Source: Octopus bimaculoides
Lineage: Eukaryota
Assembly: GCF_001194135.2 (NCBI RefSeq)
Contig: NC_068990.1
Location: 86,793,772 to 86,857,771 of the forward strand
Direction of reading: 5' to 3'
DNA length: 64,000 nt
A program made the position numbers and the translations under genes. Positions 36,413-50,051 of this stretch are shown piece after piece (the first letter of the stretch is position 1; each line of letters starts with the position of its first letter). The notes under the pieces were generated by a model. The model was not told the origin of the DNA. It did not search any database and was given only the letters and a program-made list of their open reading frames with translations.

Positions 36413-36826
36413 AGGAGTGGCTGTGTGGTAAGTAGCTTGCCTACCAGCCACATGGTTCCGGGTTCAGTCCCACTGCGTGGCACCTTCGGCAAGTGTCTTC
36501 TACTATAGCCTCGGGCCGACCAAAGCCTTGTGAGTGGATTTGGTAGTTGGAAACTAAAAGAAGTCTGTCGTATATATGTATATATATATGTATGTATGCG
36601 TGTGTGCATGTGTCTGTGTTTCTCCTAGCATTGCTTGACAACCCATGCTGGAGTGTTTATGTCCCCGTCAATTAGCGGTTCGGCAAAAGAGACCGATAGA
36701 ATAAGTACTAGGCTTCCAAAGAATAAGACCTGAGGTCGATTTGCTCGACTAAAAGCGGTGCTCCAGCATGGCCACAGTCAAATGACTGAAACAAGTAAAT
36801 GAGTAAAAGAGTAAAAGAGTAAAAGA
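36413..36826 (+). mobile_element. SINE family B, full length
   Basis: AGGAGTGGCTGTGTGGTAAGTAGC... core GGCACCTTCGGCAAGTGTC ... internal (TA/TG) tract ... tail of GTAAAAGA repeats. Confidence 0.92.
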
Positions 36827-37476
36827 CTCTTTAACACTTTATATATCTCTACTTCTATAGATGCATGTCGTATGACGACGGTGCATTGCCAGTGTTGATA
36901 AAATTCCTTTTCTTACGCATTTCGACTCCCGGCCTCTGAGTTCAAATCGCATCTGTATCAACTTCGCCATTAATTTTATTCGGGACCAATTAATAAATTG
37001 CCAGTACTGAGAGCGATTTATGGTTTATTCTCTTTGGATCTCACCTTTGATTCAAAAAGTTCTGCGAATACATCTTGAGAATTGCATTAAAGGTACACTT
37101 CTCTATGGAATACTCAAATGGCTACTTCTTAATTTTATGAACAGAAATTCAGTTAAGTGATCAACTGAATGTGCTTTGTAGAAACTAGCGGAGAATCCCT
37201 CAGCACTATATATATTCATATGATAGCGTTGAATCGTTGTTGTAACCATGATTTTCCAGTGATCTGCTAAGCTATTTTTCTTTATTTCTATTGATTTATG
37301 AATATACTAATGTATTGTATAATGCATAGCATGCATATTAATGTAAACGTGTAAACATAATTTTATTCCACACTGAAATTATTGCTACATGAATGACGCT
37401 GCGAAACGAGCGTATGCCCTAAGGATGTCAAGCGGTTACATAAATGTAATCCTTTTTCATGTTTCCTGATGTTTAT

Positions 37477-37547
<71 letters not shown>

Positions 37548-37709
37548 TGTGTGTGTGAGAGGTTAGAGGTAATGGTGTCAATAAAACCCAATGGTTTCAT
37601 GTAATGCTGAGTAAGTGCTATAGACAGACTATAGTTAAGCTCCAGGTTCGGTGATCATGCGAATAAGGAGTCCAACGTAGGTTATATATCAGCATGTGTA
37701 TATATAATT

Positions 37710-37870
37710 TTTTTGTTCAGAATGAGATAAAAAAAAACAACCAAGGCTGTGAAGATTTTAGAACATTTATAAATAGAAGGTCTTACAGCTGTTTCCAGGA
37801 TATTTATTATATACATTCATCGGAGACGGTGTGATAAAATGGTTAAGCAATAGTTAATTTAGATAAGATA
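37710..37870 (-). mobile_element. Second Penelope-like pseudo-LTR with a degenerate hammerhead (37780-37827)
   Basis: Homologous to about 4130-4265 (AATGAGATA..AAGGCTGTG..ACATTTATAAA..GTCTTACAGCTGTTTC). Minus strand GUCU-CCGAUGA-...-GAAA-CAGCUG-UA-AGAC: core U4-to-C change and helix II eroded. Confidence 0.75.
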
Positions 37871-37929
37871 TGAAATAGAGAGTGATGTGGAGGAATGAAA
37901 ATAGATGTGAGATATGCAGGGATATTGCA

Positions 37930-38110
37930 TTTGTAGATCCATTATTCTAGAAGGTTATAACTTCATTTCAACGATGTATTCAAGCGAAACATGAAAGCCA
38001 GTGCCAGCGATATCATCCTAAAAAGCTGATAAATTTTGGAAGATTTCAGCAGAGATGCATGTTTTGAAGACAACATGTTGAGAAACATGGTCAATGGAAG
38101 GAGAAAAGGA
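37930..38110 (+). mobile_element. RTE-clade LINE C-terminal fragment
   Basis: L*LHFNDVFKRNMKASASDI resembles the RTE ending PRLRFKDVCKRDMKA. Confidence 0.55.
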
Positions 38111-38194
38111 ATTACAGACACCAAAATCCAACTACAATATAACCATCACAGCGAGAGAGATTTTTTTATAGAATTTCTACAAGGGACACTACTC

Positions 38195-38257
<63 letters not shown>

Positions 38258-38733
38258 GAGACAGTGTGTTGTGAGAGAGAGGGGGAGAGTGAGAGAGAAT
38301 GATAGAGAGAGCAAGATTTAAAATCTCACGGAGTACAGTAGCTCGACATTTGACTGACCAGTGATGTAAAATTACAGTCTCTCATGACAGACGGATGTGA
38401 TTAGGAGATTTGAATTTTTACTAGTCTATATATTAGTCTTAATATTAGCGTTGTATGATTTAGTTATGTAAAAGATTTGATATTCAGTGTGTTGTTAAAA
38501 CTGTATTATTATCTACATTTTTATTGTTATAAGCTATAACTAGCCTCTATCGGAAATTTCTGTAGCAAATCATTGGGAATTGTCGAACTGTCAATGATCA
38601 TTGATCTTACTATGATTAACGTCTCTCGGTTATGAATTTACTAGAAATGCTGTTCAGCATTGACCTTTACCGATTTGCAGAAACATGTCGTTTCCTCAAA
38701 GTTTACATCTTATGATAATAATAATGATTACGA

Positions 38734-38814
<81 letters not shown>

Positions 38815-38830
38815 TGATAATGTCAATAAT

Positions 38831-39662
38831 GGACAATTTCATAGGGATGTTGAAGATAAGACAGACAGTGAGTAAAGGTGGCTATGGATGACTAAAAGTG
38901 ATTTAAAACCGGAAACGGAGGCTCTAATCTGTGCTGCCCAAGAGCAAGCACTAAGAACGAATTACATCAAATGCAGAATAGACAACATATCAGAAAGTGA
39001 TAAGTGCAGAATTTGTGGACAAAATGGTGAAACCGTATGGCATATTACCAGTCAATGTACGTCACTAGTCCAGAAGGAATATAAGAGACGTCATGATAAT
39101 ATAGCAATATGTTCGTTGGACACTTTGCAACAAGTATGGACTTGATAGAGCAAAAAAGTGCTACGATCGTAAACCTGAAGGCATCATTGAAAATGATAAT
39201 GCAAAGACCCTATGGAATTTTATGATTCAGTGCGACCATGAGACAGAGAATAGGAAGCCAGACATAGTCTTAATTGAGAAAGAAAGCAAACGATACGGGA
39301 TCATAGATATAGTATACCCAGATAACAACAAGGTATGCGATAAGGAAGAAAGAAAAGTCGAAAGATATGATAGGTTAGCTAGGGAGGGTAAGCAGTTGTG
39401 GTCGATGAAAAAGGTGGTAGTAGTATCAAAAATTGTCGGAGCCCTGGGAACTGTGTGTAAAAATCTTGAGATTTACATGGAACAAATAGGGGCTGCAATA
39501 AGAGTGGAGCACTTGCAGAAAACAGCACTGCTTGGAACCGCTCGAATACTCCGGAAGGTGCTCGAAAAATAAGAGGTGTTACCTTAGTTCACTGGCAGTG
39601 AACAGGTGACACCGTAGTACATCTCCAGCGTTAGAAGCTGTGCAAAGACAATAAAATAATAA
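38831..39662 (+). mobile_element. 5'-truncated R4/Dong-like LINE (CCHC knuckle and restriction-like endonuclease), flanked by TAA-type repeats
   Basis: GQFHRD...WMTKSDLKPETEALICAAQEQALRTNY; CRICGQNGETVWHITSQC; frameshift near 39110; RKPDIVLIEKESKRYGIIDIVYP..K..KVERY (PD..D..K REL motif); LQKTALLGTARILRKVLEK* (stop at 39570-39572). The short 3' UTR ends AATAAAATAATAATGATG; (TAC)n(TAA)n lies upstream. Confidence 0.92.
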
Positions 39663-40490
39663 TGATGAAGATGATGAGGATTTCTATGGATTGCCATTAG
39701 GGTGAAGGATGAGGGGAGCGATACATTGAGAGGCATAAAGTATGGATGTTTACATATAATGTAATGTTAAAAAAAGGAAGAGAAAGAAAAGTAAGTATAC
39801 ATGGTGTAGTATAAACATGGAAAGAATACATAGTATATGAAAATAAAGAAGACAGGATGATAGTAAGGTAGTTGTCCTGATAGAGGAGGACCTCTAGGGA
39901 TAAAATGATAACAACTCCAACACTGAGGAAATGAATATATTATTTCTATTCTTCCTATTGAGATCGAAGTCCCAAGATATTGAGATACAAAACAAAAGCA
40001 AAATGCAAACGAAAGAAGCAAATGAAACAAAACAGAAAAATGAAGTCTACAGGTGTGGCTGTGTTTATTGAGTATATCAAGTGAAACGGTGTGGCGAACA
40101 ATATAAAAGTAACAATAACGAGCAACGGAACAATAGAAATGTGGAAAACAATAAATACTTTTAATAAACAGATAATAGATAAAAAATAATGCTAGAAGTG
40201 ACAGATGACGGAAGAAAGTAAAATGGAGGGAAATCAAGAAAAAGATATGATCTTCATCTTGATGCGACCTTAATTTTCTTTCTTGTCAGTTACTATTACA
40301 TTCTACACAATCTGGCTGACACTTAACTAAGTTTTATTTTTAACCTCAAGTCAGACACTATCGTGATGTGTTGCGAGATTTCTTCCTCTAATCATGCGAT
40401 CGCTGAAACTGAGGAATATACACCCCCACATATATATGTGTGTGTATATATATATATGTATATATACATATGTATGTGTGTGTATGTATG

Positions 40491-40537
<47 letters not shown>

Positions 40538-42451
40538 NNNNNNNNNNNNNNNNNNNNNNNNNNNNNNNNNNNNNNNNNNNNNNNNNNNNNNNNNNNNNNN
40601 NNNNNNNNNNNNNNNNNNNNNNNNNNNNNNNNNNNNNNNNNNNNNNNNNNNNNNNNNNNNNNNNNNNNNNNNNNNNNNNNNNNNNNNNNNNNNNNNNNNN
40701 NNNNNNNNNNNNNNNNNNNNNNNNNNNNNNNNNNNNNNNNNNNNNNNNNNNNNNNNNNNNNNNNNNNNNNNNNNNNNNNNNNNNNNNNNNNNNNNNNNNN
40801 NNNNNNNNNNNNNNNNNNNNNNNNNNNNNNNNNNNNNNNNNNNNNNNNNNNNNNNNNNNNNNNNNNNNNNNNNNNNNNNNNNNNNNNNNNNNNNNNNNNN
40901 NNNNNNNNNNNNNNNNNNNNNNNNNNNNNNNNNNNNNNNNNNNNNNNNNNNNNNNNNNNNNNNNNNNNNNNNNNNNNNNNNNNNNNNNNNNNNNNNNNNN
41001 NNNNNNNNNNNNNNNNNNNNNNNNNNNNNNNNNNNNNNNNNNNNNNNNNNNNNNNNNNNGATACGGACACACACACACTCATATGTATATGTTTGTATAT
41101 ATATATATATATATATATATGCGCGCGCGTGCGTGTGTGCTCGTGCGAACTACTGCTATGCACATAACACCTCATAGATTAACTTTTTCCAGCCAATGGA
41201 TTTACTTCATCTGGCAACATGGTAGCTAGTGCGCTATGGTCATAATCCTACATCTTCGTCTTTGTTTTTGATTTCTGCTCCATCCCTTATCTGAGTCACT
41301 GGAATTACGAAGAAGTCTACTGATGCCGTTTCTCTCGGGTAAAAGTAACATTAAGCGGATGAACGATACTTCCTTGCAATGGATTATTTATGGCAGAAAG
41401 CAGGCATTTGTGCTCACTCTCTCTCAATTCTCTCTCTCGCTGTCTGTCTCTGTCTGTCTGTCAGTCTCTCTCTCTTATTTTAATATTATTTATTTTGTTA
41501 CTGAACTCAACAGATTAAACCAAAACTGAAACTCTCATCAGTTCCCTGCTGTAGCTACTGCTTGGTTTTATGTAGAAAATAAATGTTGAACTCAACTTAG
41601 CAAGGAAAGAAGTAAAGACAAGTCGCTTCCTTAATGCCACAACTATTTGTTTCTCTGCTATAAGAAACAAAAAAACTTGATCGGGAGCTAAAAACGTTAA
41701 AAGTTTTCTTATACACTTTCTATATACAACCACAAGATACGTGTTATATGTCAAGCGTTTATAATCATTCTCCACGAACAACCTCCAAATTTTCATCTTC
41801 TCTGTTCGCCTTCTATAACTTATTCTTTCAACATAGCTTCTGTTTTCTGTCATTGTTCAAATAAGTTTCTGTAACCTTTAATACATTTTATTCGTATGTT
41901 TGCACAAAGTTATGCTCTCCTACTCTTAGAATACCGTGTCTGCTTAAGCGCGCGCGCGCGCGCGTGTGTGTGTATGTGTGTGCGTGTGCGTGAGTATATG
42001 TGTGTATGCGTTGTGTAAACGTGCTTGTGCGTAAGTGCGTGAATGTACGTCTAACATAATATATACAGATATATATACATACACATACACACACAGACAC
42101 GCACACACACACACACACACATATATATACACACATATATACACACATCTACATGCATATATATATACGCACACAAACACACACACACACACAAACCTTT
42201 CGAAACTTCATTTCAAAAGGTTTGTGTCATTCTGTTTTTCGAAGAATTTTTAAATAGTTAATAACTTTTAAGAAAAATCTTCAAATATGTTGAGAGTTTC
42301 AAGTATTTTTTTTGTAAAAACATTGCACACGCACGCACGCACACACAATCACACACACACACAAACAACCCCTCAAACACACACACAATGCGCATATAGA
42401 TATACATGTATATCTAGAATTATTCAGTTTTTAAGTATGTGTATATATGTA

Positions 42452-42483
<32 letters not shown>

Positions 42484-43434
42484 NNNNNNNNNNNNNNNNN
42501 NNNNNNNNNNNNNNNNNNNNNNNNNNNNNNNNNNNNNNNNNNNNNNNNNNNNNNNNNNNNNNNNNNNNNNNNNNNNNNNNNNNNNNNNNNNNNNNNNNNN
42601 NNNNNNNNNNNNNNNNNNNNNNNNNNNNNNNNNNNNNNNNNNNNNNNNNNNNNNNNNNNNNNNNNNNNNNNNNNNNNNNNNNNNNNNNNNNNNNNNNNNN
42701 NNNNNNNNNNNNNNNNNNNNNNNNNNNNNNNNNNNNNNNNNNNNNNNNNNNNNNNNNNNNNNNNNNNNNNNNNNNNNNNNNNNNNNNNNNNNNNNNNNNN
42801 NNNNNNNNNNNNNNNNNNNNNNNNNNNNNNNNNNNNNNNNNNNNNNNNNNNNNNNNNNNNNNNNNNNNNNNNNNNNNNNNNNNNNNNNNNNNNNNNNNNN
42901 NNNNNNNNNNNNNNNNNNNNNNNNNNNNNNNNNNNNNNNNNNNNNNNNNNNNNNNNNNNNNNNNNNNNNNNNNNNNNNNNNNNNNNNNNNNNNNNNNNNN
43001 NNNNNNNNNNNNNNNNNNNNNNNNNNNNNNNNNNNNNNNNNNNNNNNNNNNNNNNNNNNNNNNNNNNNNNNNNNNNNNNNNNNNNNNNNNNNNNNNNNNN
43101 NNNNNNNNNNNNNNNNNNNNNNNNNNNNNNNNNNNNNNNNNNNNNNNNNNNNNNNNNNNNNNNNNNNNNNNNNNNNNNNNNNNNNNNNNNNNNNNNNNNN
43201 NNNNNNNNNNNNNNNNNNNNNNNNNNNNNNNNNNNNNNNNNNNNNNNNNNNNNNNNNNNNNNNNNNNNNNNNNNNNNNNNNNNNNNNNNNNNNNNNNNNN
43301 NNNNNNNNNNNNNNNNNNNNNNNNNNNNNNNNNNNNNNNNNNNNNNNNNNNNNNNNNNNNNNNNNNNNNNNNNNNNNNNNNNNNNNNNNNNNNNNNNNNN
43401 NNNNNNNNNNNNNNNNNNNNNNNNNNNNNNNNNN

Positions 43435-43475
<41 letters not shown>

Positions 43476-44226
43476 GCATACAAAACTATATATAACTACA
43501 GAAGAGAAAGAATGCGAGGAATACATATATACACTTACACATACACATTTATACACACACATACACGCACTCACATGCATACGTTCTTGTCTGACTACAC
43601 AACATGGACACATTGCTCACATAATTATCTATACAATGAATTTGTGTTTATCACATTCATACAGTTAAGACTTAATTAAACAACAATGTGAAATAGAAAA
43701 TCTTGCAACAAAAGCTGGACTGAATCAATAGCTTTGTTATCTAGAATTAATATTAAAGTCTACAAACACTTCTATAAACTCCAGCATAGTAATCGCGTTA
43801 AGAGCGTCAAGAGGATCTAGCAAGAAAAATGTCACCCATGGACTTTGGTCAATTAATATTCGCTAAAATAACAATACAATTATGCAATTCTCCACTTACT
43901 AAAAACTTCTGATATAATTTCTTATCTGAAGATTCGCATGTATTTGTATATAGTAGTATATAGACATAAACGTTTATCTATCCATCCATCCATCTATCTG
44001 ATACACGATCCCTATTGATCGCTCTTTTTTTTTTTTTTTCGATCCCTTTTGATCGAACTCCCCCCTTTTTTCCTTCCTACGATCCCTTTTGATCGACACA
44101 CACCCTTTTTTTATTTTTTAAAATTTTTTATTTTAATTTTTTTCTCCTTCCCCCTCCCAAAAAGAAAAGCTCTACACTGTATTTGTCCCATCTTCGTTGA
44201 GCCCTGTGTGGCTAATAAAAGAAATG

Positions 44227-44274
<48 letters not shown>

Positions 44275-44706
44275 NNNNNNNNNNNNNNNNNNNNNNNNNN
44301 NNNNNNNNNNNNNNNNNNNNNNNNNNNNNNNNNNNNNNNNNNNNNNNNNNNNNNNNNNNNNNNNNNNNNNNNNNNNNNNNNNNNNNNNNNNNNNNNNNNN
44401 NNNNNNNNNNNNNNNNNNNNNNNNNNNNNNNNNNNNNNNNNNNNNNNNNNNNNNNNNNNNNNNNNNNNNNNNNNNNNNNNNNNNNNNNNNNNNNNNNNNN
44501 NNNNNNNNNNNNNNNNNNNNNNNNNNNNNNNNNNNNNNNNNNNNNNNNNNNNNNNNNNNNNNNNNNNNNNNNNNNNNNNNNNNNNNNNNNNNNNNNNNNN
44601 NNNNNNNNNNNNNNNNNNNNNNNNNNNNNNNNNNNNNNNNNNNNNNNNNNNNNNNNNNNNNNNNNNNNNNNNNNNNATATATATATCGCTCTATCTATCT
44701 ATTTAT

Positions 44707-44743
<37 letters not shown>

Positions 44744-44745
44744 GC

Positions 44746-44790
<45 letters not shown>

Positions 44791-44814
44791 ATGTCGCTCT
44801 TGACTATATCGCTC

Positions 44815-45810
44815 GAAGATCAGACTCAACGCAATGTGCCGATAAGCACGAGGGCAATTAAAAAAAGCCAAATGTTTCTATGACGATTTGCAGTAAAATG
44901 AAGGTGGAACGTCTAACGAAAACATTCAGTGCCTTGTAAAGTCATGTAAGAAACGTTTAAGCAGCTATTGAAGCTGTTAGCACTGAGAAAGAAGCTGCAA
45001 TTAATTAGCTGATCACCTGATTGCTAAAGGGGACTACATACCTGGGCATGCACTCAATGTTGATAAAACTGTACTTTTCCAGAATCTCAAGTTTGTTAGA
45101 ATTTTATTTCTCAAGAAGAAAAGTCAACAACAAGATTTCAAGATTTCAAAAATTGTCTTACGTTTCCTCTATGAAAAAATGCCATCGGCGATATGAAATA
45201 AAAGGACCTACTCGTATATGGAAGAGCTTTGAAGAGTCACGCTATGTTTAATCTATTTCTAATTTGATGTTGAAATAAGAAGGTATGAATAACCAAGAGC
45301 CTTTCCGAAAAGTGATGTACAAATATTGTTTGGCTGCTGTAGAAAGGTATGGTGTGAGGCATAATATTTTCACCAAACCGTTGCTCATTTTATGCAATGC
45401 GCCAACTCACACGATTGATAACTCACACAGGAGATAAACAGTTAGAGAGACTTCTAGTAAAAATTCACCGCAATGGATACTGTGTCGGAGAGTTTACTCG
45501 TCTCATAACTCAGTTACACATAACATAGCTGAGTTATGCTATAAGTGAATTCCTCAACTTTGAATGGTGCTTGGAAAAATATATGGCCAGACTGTACTCT
45601 TGACATTACAAGTGTTCCACAAGCGGAAAATCTGCATCAACTTTGGAAAGGCATTTTAACAATTGCAAATGATTGAGAGTTTGAGGAAATCATAGAGGCT
45701 GATGTAATTGAGCTTCTGGTGTCTGATAGTGGAAGTTTATCGAACGAGGAGCTAATACTGCTATAGTAAGAGCAGGCTGAGGATAGAAAGGTAAATATTG
45801 AGATTTCACC
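44815..45810 (+). mobile_element. Degenerate pogo/Tigger-type (Tc1/mariner superfamily) transposase
   Basis: QTQRNVPISTRAIKK, KGDYIPGHALNVDKTVLF (cf. xGGYxPxQVFNxDETGLFW), a decayed D-NAP-H motif, PQWI/QPMD region, ADVIELLVSDSGSLSNEELI. Many disablements. Confidence 0.72.
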
Positions 45811-46397
45811 AACTATATTTTAATTGATTTCGAAGACTATTGCTAAGGTTTGGCATTTATAGAGGACTAAACAACACCATGCATAATCAATTATAACAAT
45901 AGTAGTACTAACAACTACAATTAAAGATAAATCTCTTTTAATAACAGCTGCAACGCCTAAAACGATTCCAATAGTCATAACAACTTCTACAGCTATTCTA
46001 TGAAAAATGATATCAAACACAACAACGTTAACAACATACTTTATAATAACATCGACTACAACATTAACAAAAGCAAAGCAAACAACAATAATAATAATTA
46101 AAAAAAACAGCATAAAGAAATACTTGACACAATCAATTTATTCTTAGAAAATTGAATTAATGTTTCTTGATTCTTTTAATACACTCCATATGTCCGCGTG
46201 TGTGAATGTGGGTGAGCGTATATATATATGTGTGTTTTCTGCTGTTTTCCACTACCTTCTGCGCAGGTGTGTTTGTGTGTGTGTGTGAGTGTGTGCGTGT
46301 GTGTGTGTGTGTGTTTTATATGTATATATGACTCTGCGTGTGATTACGTCTGTAACAGTGTGTAATATGTCCGTATCTCTGCGTATATATACATATG

Positions 46398-46501
<104 letters not shown>

Positions 46502-47913
46502 CATGCATACATACATACATGCATGCATACATACATACACACATACAGTGTGTGTCTGTGTGTTTACGTGCATATAACTTAATATAATAAAAATCCCACA
46601 GGCTCTTAAGCTATAAAGCCCCAGGCATTTGACCTATTCTCAATAGATTTGTTCTTCAAAGGTTGGTCAAGCACGTCAGTCATCATTAACCGATATTCAC
46701 TTATATTTGTTTTCATTATTTACCAAGATAAGGTTATGCATTAACCATAACATTTCGGTGTTTCATGTAGTAAAGGGGTTAAAAAATTCACGTTTAAATA
46801 GTTAACCAATAGATCGAACTTCTGATCGAAATGCTTGCAGCATATCTAGACTCTATGAAGGACATACGAGAACTAAATAAATGCTTTGAGCCGAGACGTA
46901 CTCTACCACGCAAAGAGAAGTACAGTCCATCCTATTAATGAATTTTATTCGTTATGCTTATACTTACGGAAAGCTAAACTTGCTCAAGGTGCCACACAAA
47001 GGAATTATATTTGTAAAATGTGTTAATGAAAAATCTTTGAAGTAGCATTGCATGACCTGGAAAGGAAAGAATGAAGAACAAAAATAGTGAAATAGGAGTT
47101 GAAAAGAAAATGAACGAAGATGATGTAGAAAGAAAGGAGCGTTTGTACTACTTTCGCTGGTTGTATGCAGACTATTCTCTGAACTATGATAACGATGGAC
47201 ACAATCATTTACGTTAATGTTATGGGTGGGAGGCGCATATTCATTAGGAACGTTTTAAGGTTTATGATTATCTAAAAGAAAGTAGGGCGAAAAGAGCGAG
47301 GAAGACGAATAAGGCAGAATTACATTTACACAAATGTTGAAAAATATCAAAAGGAAAAGAGAGAAAAATGTTAGTAATATAAAGAGGAAGAAAAGAAGAT
47401 TTATATGGAGAAGGAAATATAATGACAGCACTGAAAAGATGAATGATCACTATGTAAATATAATGAGCGAAGATTTATTTTATCTAGATTAAAAAATCAA
47501 TAGAAAAATTCAAATTCTTTCTTCCTTTTTACAAATTATGTGAAAAGAAAAGTCAATATATTAANNNNNNNNNNNNNNNNNNNNNNNNNNNNNNNNNNNN
47601 NNNNNNNNNNNNNNNNNNNNNNNNNNNNNNNNNNNNNNNNNNNNNNNNNNNNNNNNNNNNNNNNNNNNNNNNNNNNNNNNNNNNNNNNNNNNNNNNNNNN
47701 NNNNNNNNNNNNNNNNNNNNNNNNNNNNNNNNNNNNNNNNNNNNNNNNNNNNNNNNNNNNNNNNNNNNNNNNNNNNNNNNNNNNNNNNNNNNNNNNNNNN
47801 NNNNNNNNNNNNNNNNNNNNNNNNNNNNNNNNNNNNNNNNNNNNNNNNNNNNNNNNNNNNNNNNNNNNNNNNNNNNNNNNNNNNNNNNNNNNNNNNNNNN
47901 NNNNNNNNNNNNN

Positions 47914-48119
47914 ATCACAGCGTTACTCAAGAAACAGGAAGAAAGAGAGAAAGTTGGGTAGAAAGAGTACAACAGGGGCTGCCCCCCCCCTGACAGAGCC
48001 TCAAGGAGCTTTTAGGTGTTTTCACTCAATAAACACACACAACGCCCGATCTGGGAATCGAAACCGCAATCCTCAGACCGCGAGTCCGCTACACTAACCA
48101 CTGGGCCACTGCGCCTCCA
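47914..48119 (-). mobile_element. SINE family C, 5' part (runs into a gap)
   Basis: GTGGAGGCGCAGTGGCCCAGTGGTTAG..GGACTCGCGG..GTTTCGATTCCCAGATCGGGCG; homologous to 25938-26320. Confidence 0.88.
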
Positions 48120-48744
48120 CTTTTGAAAATATACATTCTTTTTAATTGCTGAATTTGAAGAATGAATAAATTTCGAAATATCATCACCAAATCAAATTAA
48201 GTCGCAAAATTTTATCCTGTATACTGGTTAAATAAGCTATACATTTTTTGGGAAGTGTCTCGTTGATATATAAATAAATAACCTTTGAATGGTTAGAGTC
48301 GTATTCATAACAAGCGTTTTATGATAAAGATTCTTGTAGCAGCTAATTGTTGGCTAAATGTGTTTCCCAGGAGACTGAACTGTTTTATTAAACTTGTCTT
48401 CATAAAAGGAAATAAAATTCGAATTAGTTTATTGAACCTTGTATGCATTTTCGCTTCATTCATTTACTTAAGGACCAATGTATTTCACGAAATATATAGC
48501 ACCGATATAAAATTATACGTATGTATGTTTGTCGTCCATATACTATCGAGGTAATAAATATGATTAGAATCGCCTACATAAGATTGTAAATTATAAATAA
48601 AACCATCATTCGTATCGAAAAAAAGGGAATACGAAAAACTGTAAGAAATCCCTTTTGGTTATTATTGTAATTGTTTTTGCTGTTGCTGTTCTTTTTCTTC
48701 ATCTTATTTTTGTTAATATTATTGTTGTTGGTGGTGTTGTTATT

Positions 48745-48887
48745 AAGGTGGTGAGCTGGCAGAATTGCTAACACGCTAGAAGATATGCTTAGCAGTATTT
48801 TACCCGTCGCTACGTTCTGACTTCCAATTCCGCCGAGGCCAACTTTGCCCATTCATCCTTTCGGCGAGGATAAATTACGTACCAGTT
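48745..48887 (+). mobile_element. SINE family A, diverged monomer
   Basis: AAGGTGGTGAGCTGGCAGAATTG...CAATTCCGCCGAGGCCAACTTTGCC...GATAAATTACGTACCAGTTG. Confidence 0.85.
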
Positions 48888-49428
48888 GTCTCAGACTCTG
48901 CCGATTCAGCCAAATACAGTAACAAAAGAAATAGAATCATAATAACATCCCAATGCAATGTGCTAGCGAAACAATGAATGAAGCCGTGAATTCTAATTAT
49001 ATAGCATAGTGGCTTCCCTATCGTTATATGTTAATAGATTTAAACAGCAACATCTATGAAATGATACAGCATTCGAGTGGTTGCGAAGCATTAGCAACAT
49101 ACAGCTGCTTCTCTTCTAATTTGCATTCTCTTCGTGTAATGGAAAGAAAGAAAGATGTACCCTGTTTTGTTAATTATTTCTAAACAAACCACACAGGACA
49201 CTGAAAAGCTCAATGATACATGAATATTATGGTATTTCTTCATTGTTAGAATATTTCCCACCGATTCGTATAGAAAGTTCCTGTGGTGTTTGGAATATCT
49301 CTCCAGGCAAATGCAAAGCTTCTTATCAATACACGAAGCTTGTATTAAAGATGGAACTTAAAACAAGTGAAGTTTCGTGATAGGTGTCAATAAATTGATG
49401 CACCTATGGGTCTTACCAAAAGATATGT

Positions 49429-49489
<61 letters not shown>

Positions 49490-49994
49490 NNNNNNNNNNN
49501 NNNNNNNNNNNNNNNNNNNNNNNNNNNNNNNNNNNNNNNNNNNNNNNNNNNNNNNNNNNNNNNNNNNNNNNNNNNNNNNNNNNNNNNNNNNNNNNNNNNN
49601 NNNNNNNNNNNNNNNNNNNNNNNNNNNNNNNNNNNNNNNNNNNNNNNNNNNNNNNNNNNNNNNNNNNNNNNNNNNNNNNNNNNNNNNNNNNNNNNNNNNN
49701 NNNNNNNNNNNNNNNNNNNNNNNNNNNNNNNNNNNNNNNNNNNNNNNNNNNNNNNNNNNNNNNNNNNNNNNNNNNNNNNNNNNNNNNNNNNNNNNNNNNN
49801 NNNNNNNNNNNNATATATATATATATATGCATATATATATATGCATATATACATATATATATACATATACATATTTATATATACATATACATATATATAT
49901 ACATATACACATATACATATGTATATACATATATACACATATACATATACATATATATATATATACATATGTATATATACATATATACACTCAT

Positions 49995-50051
<57 letters not shown>

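Noticed and set aside
41515-41853. 112-aa ORF MTENRSY... as the missing first SLC6 exon
   Set aside because: The ATG context is good, but the only nearby donor is weak and phase 2, whereas the 4037 exon needs phase 0. No homology recognised.
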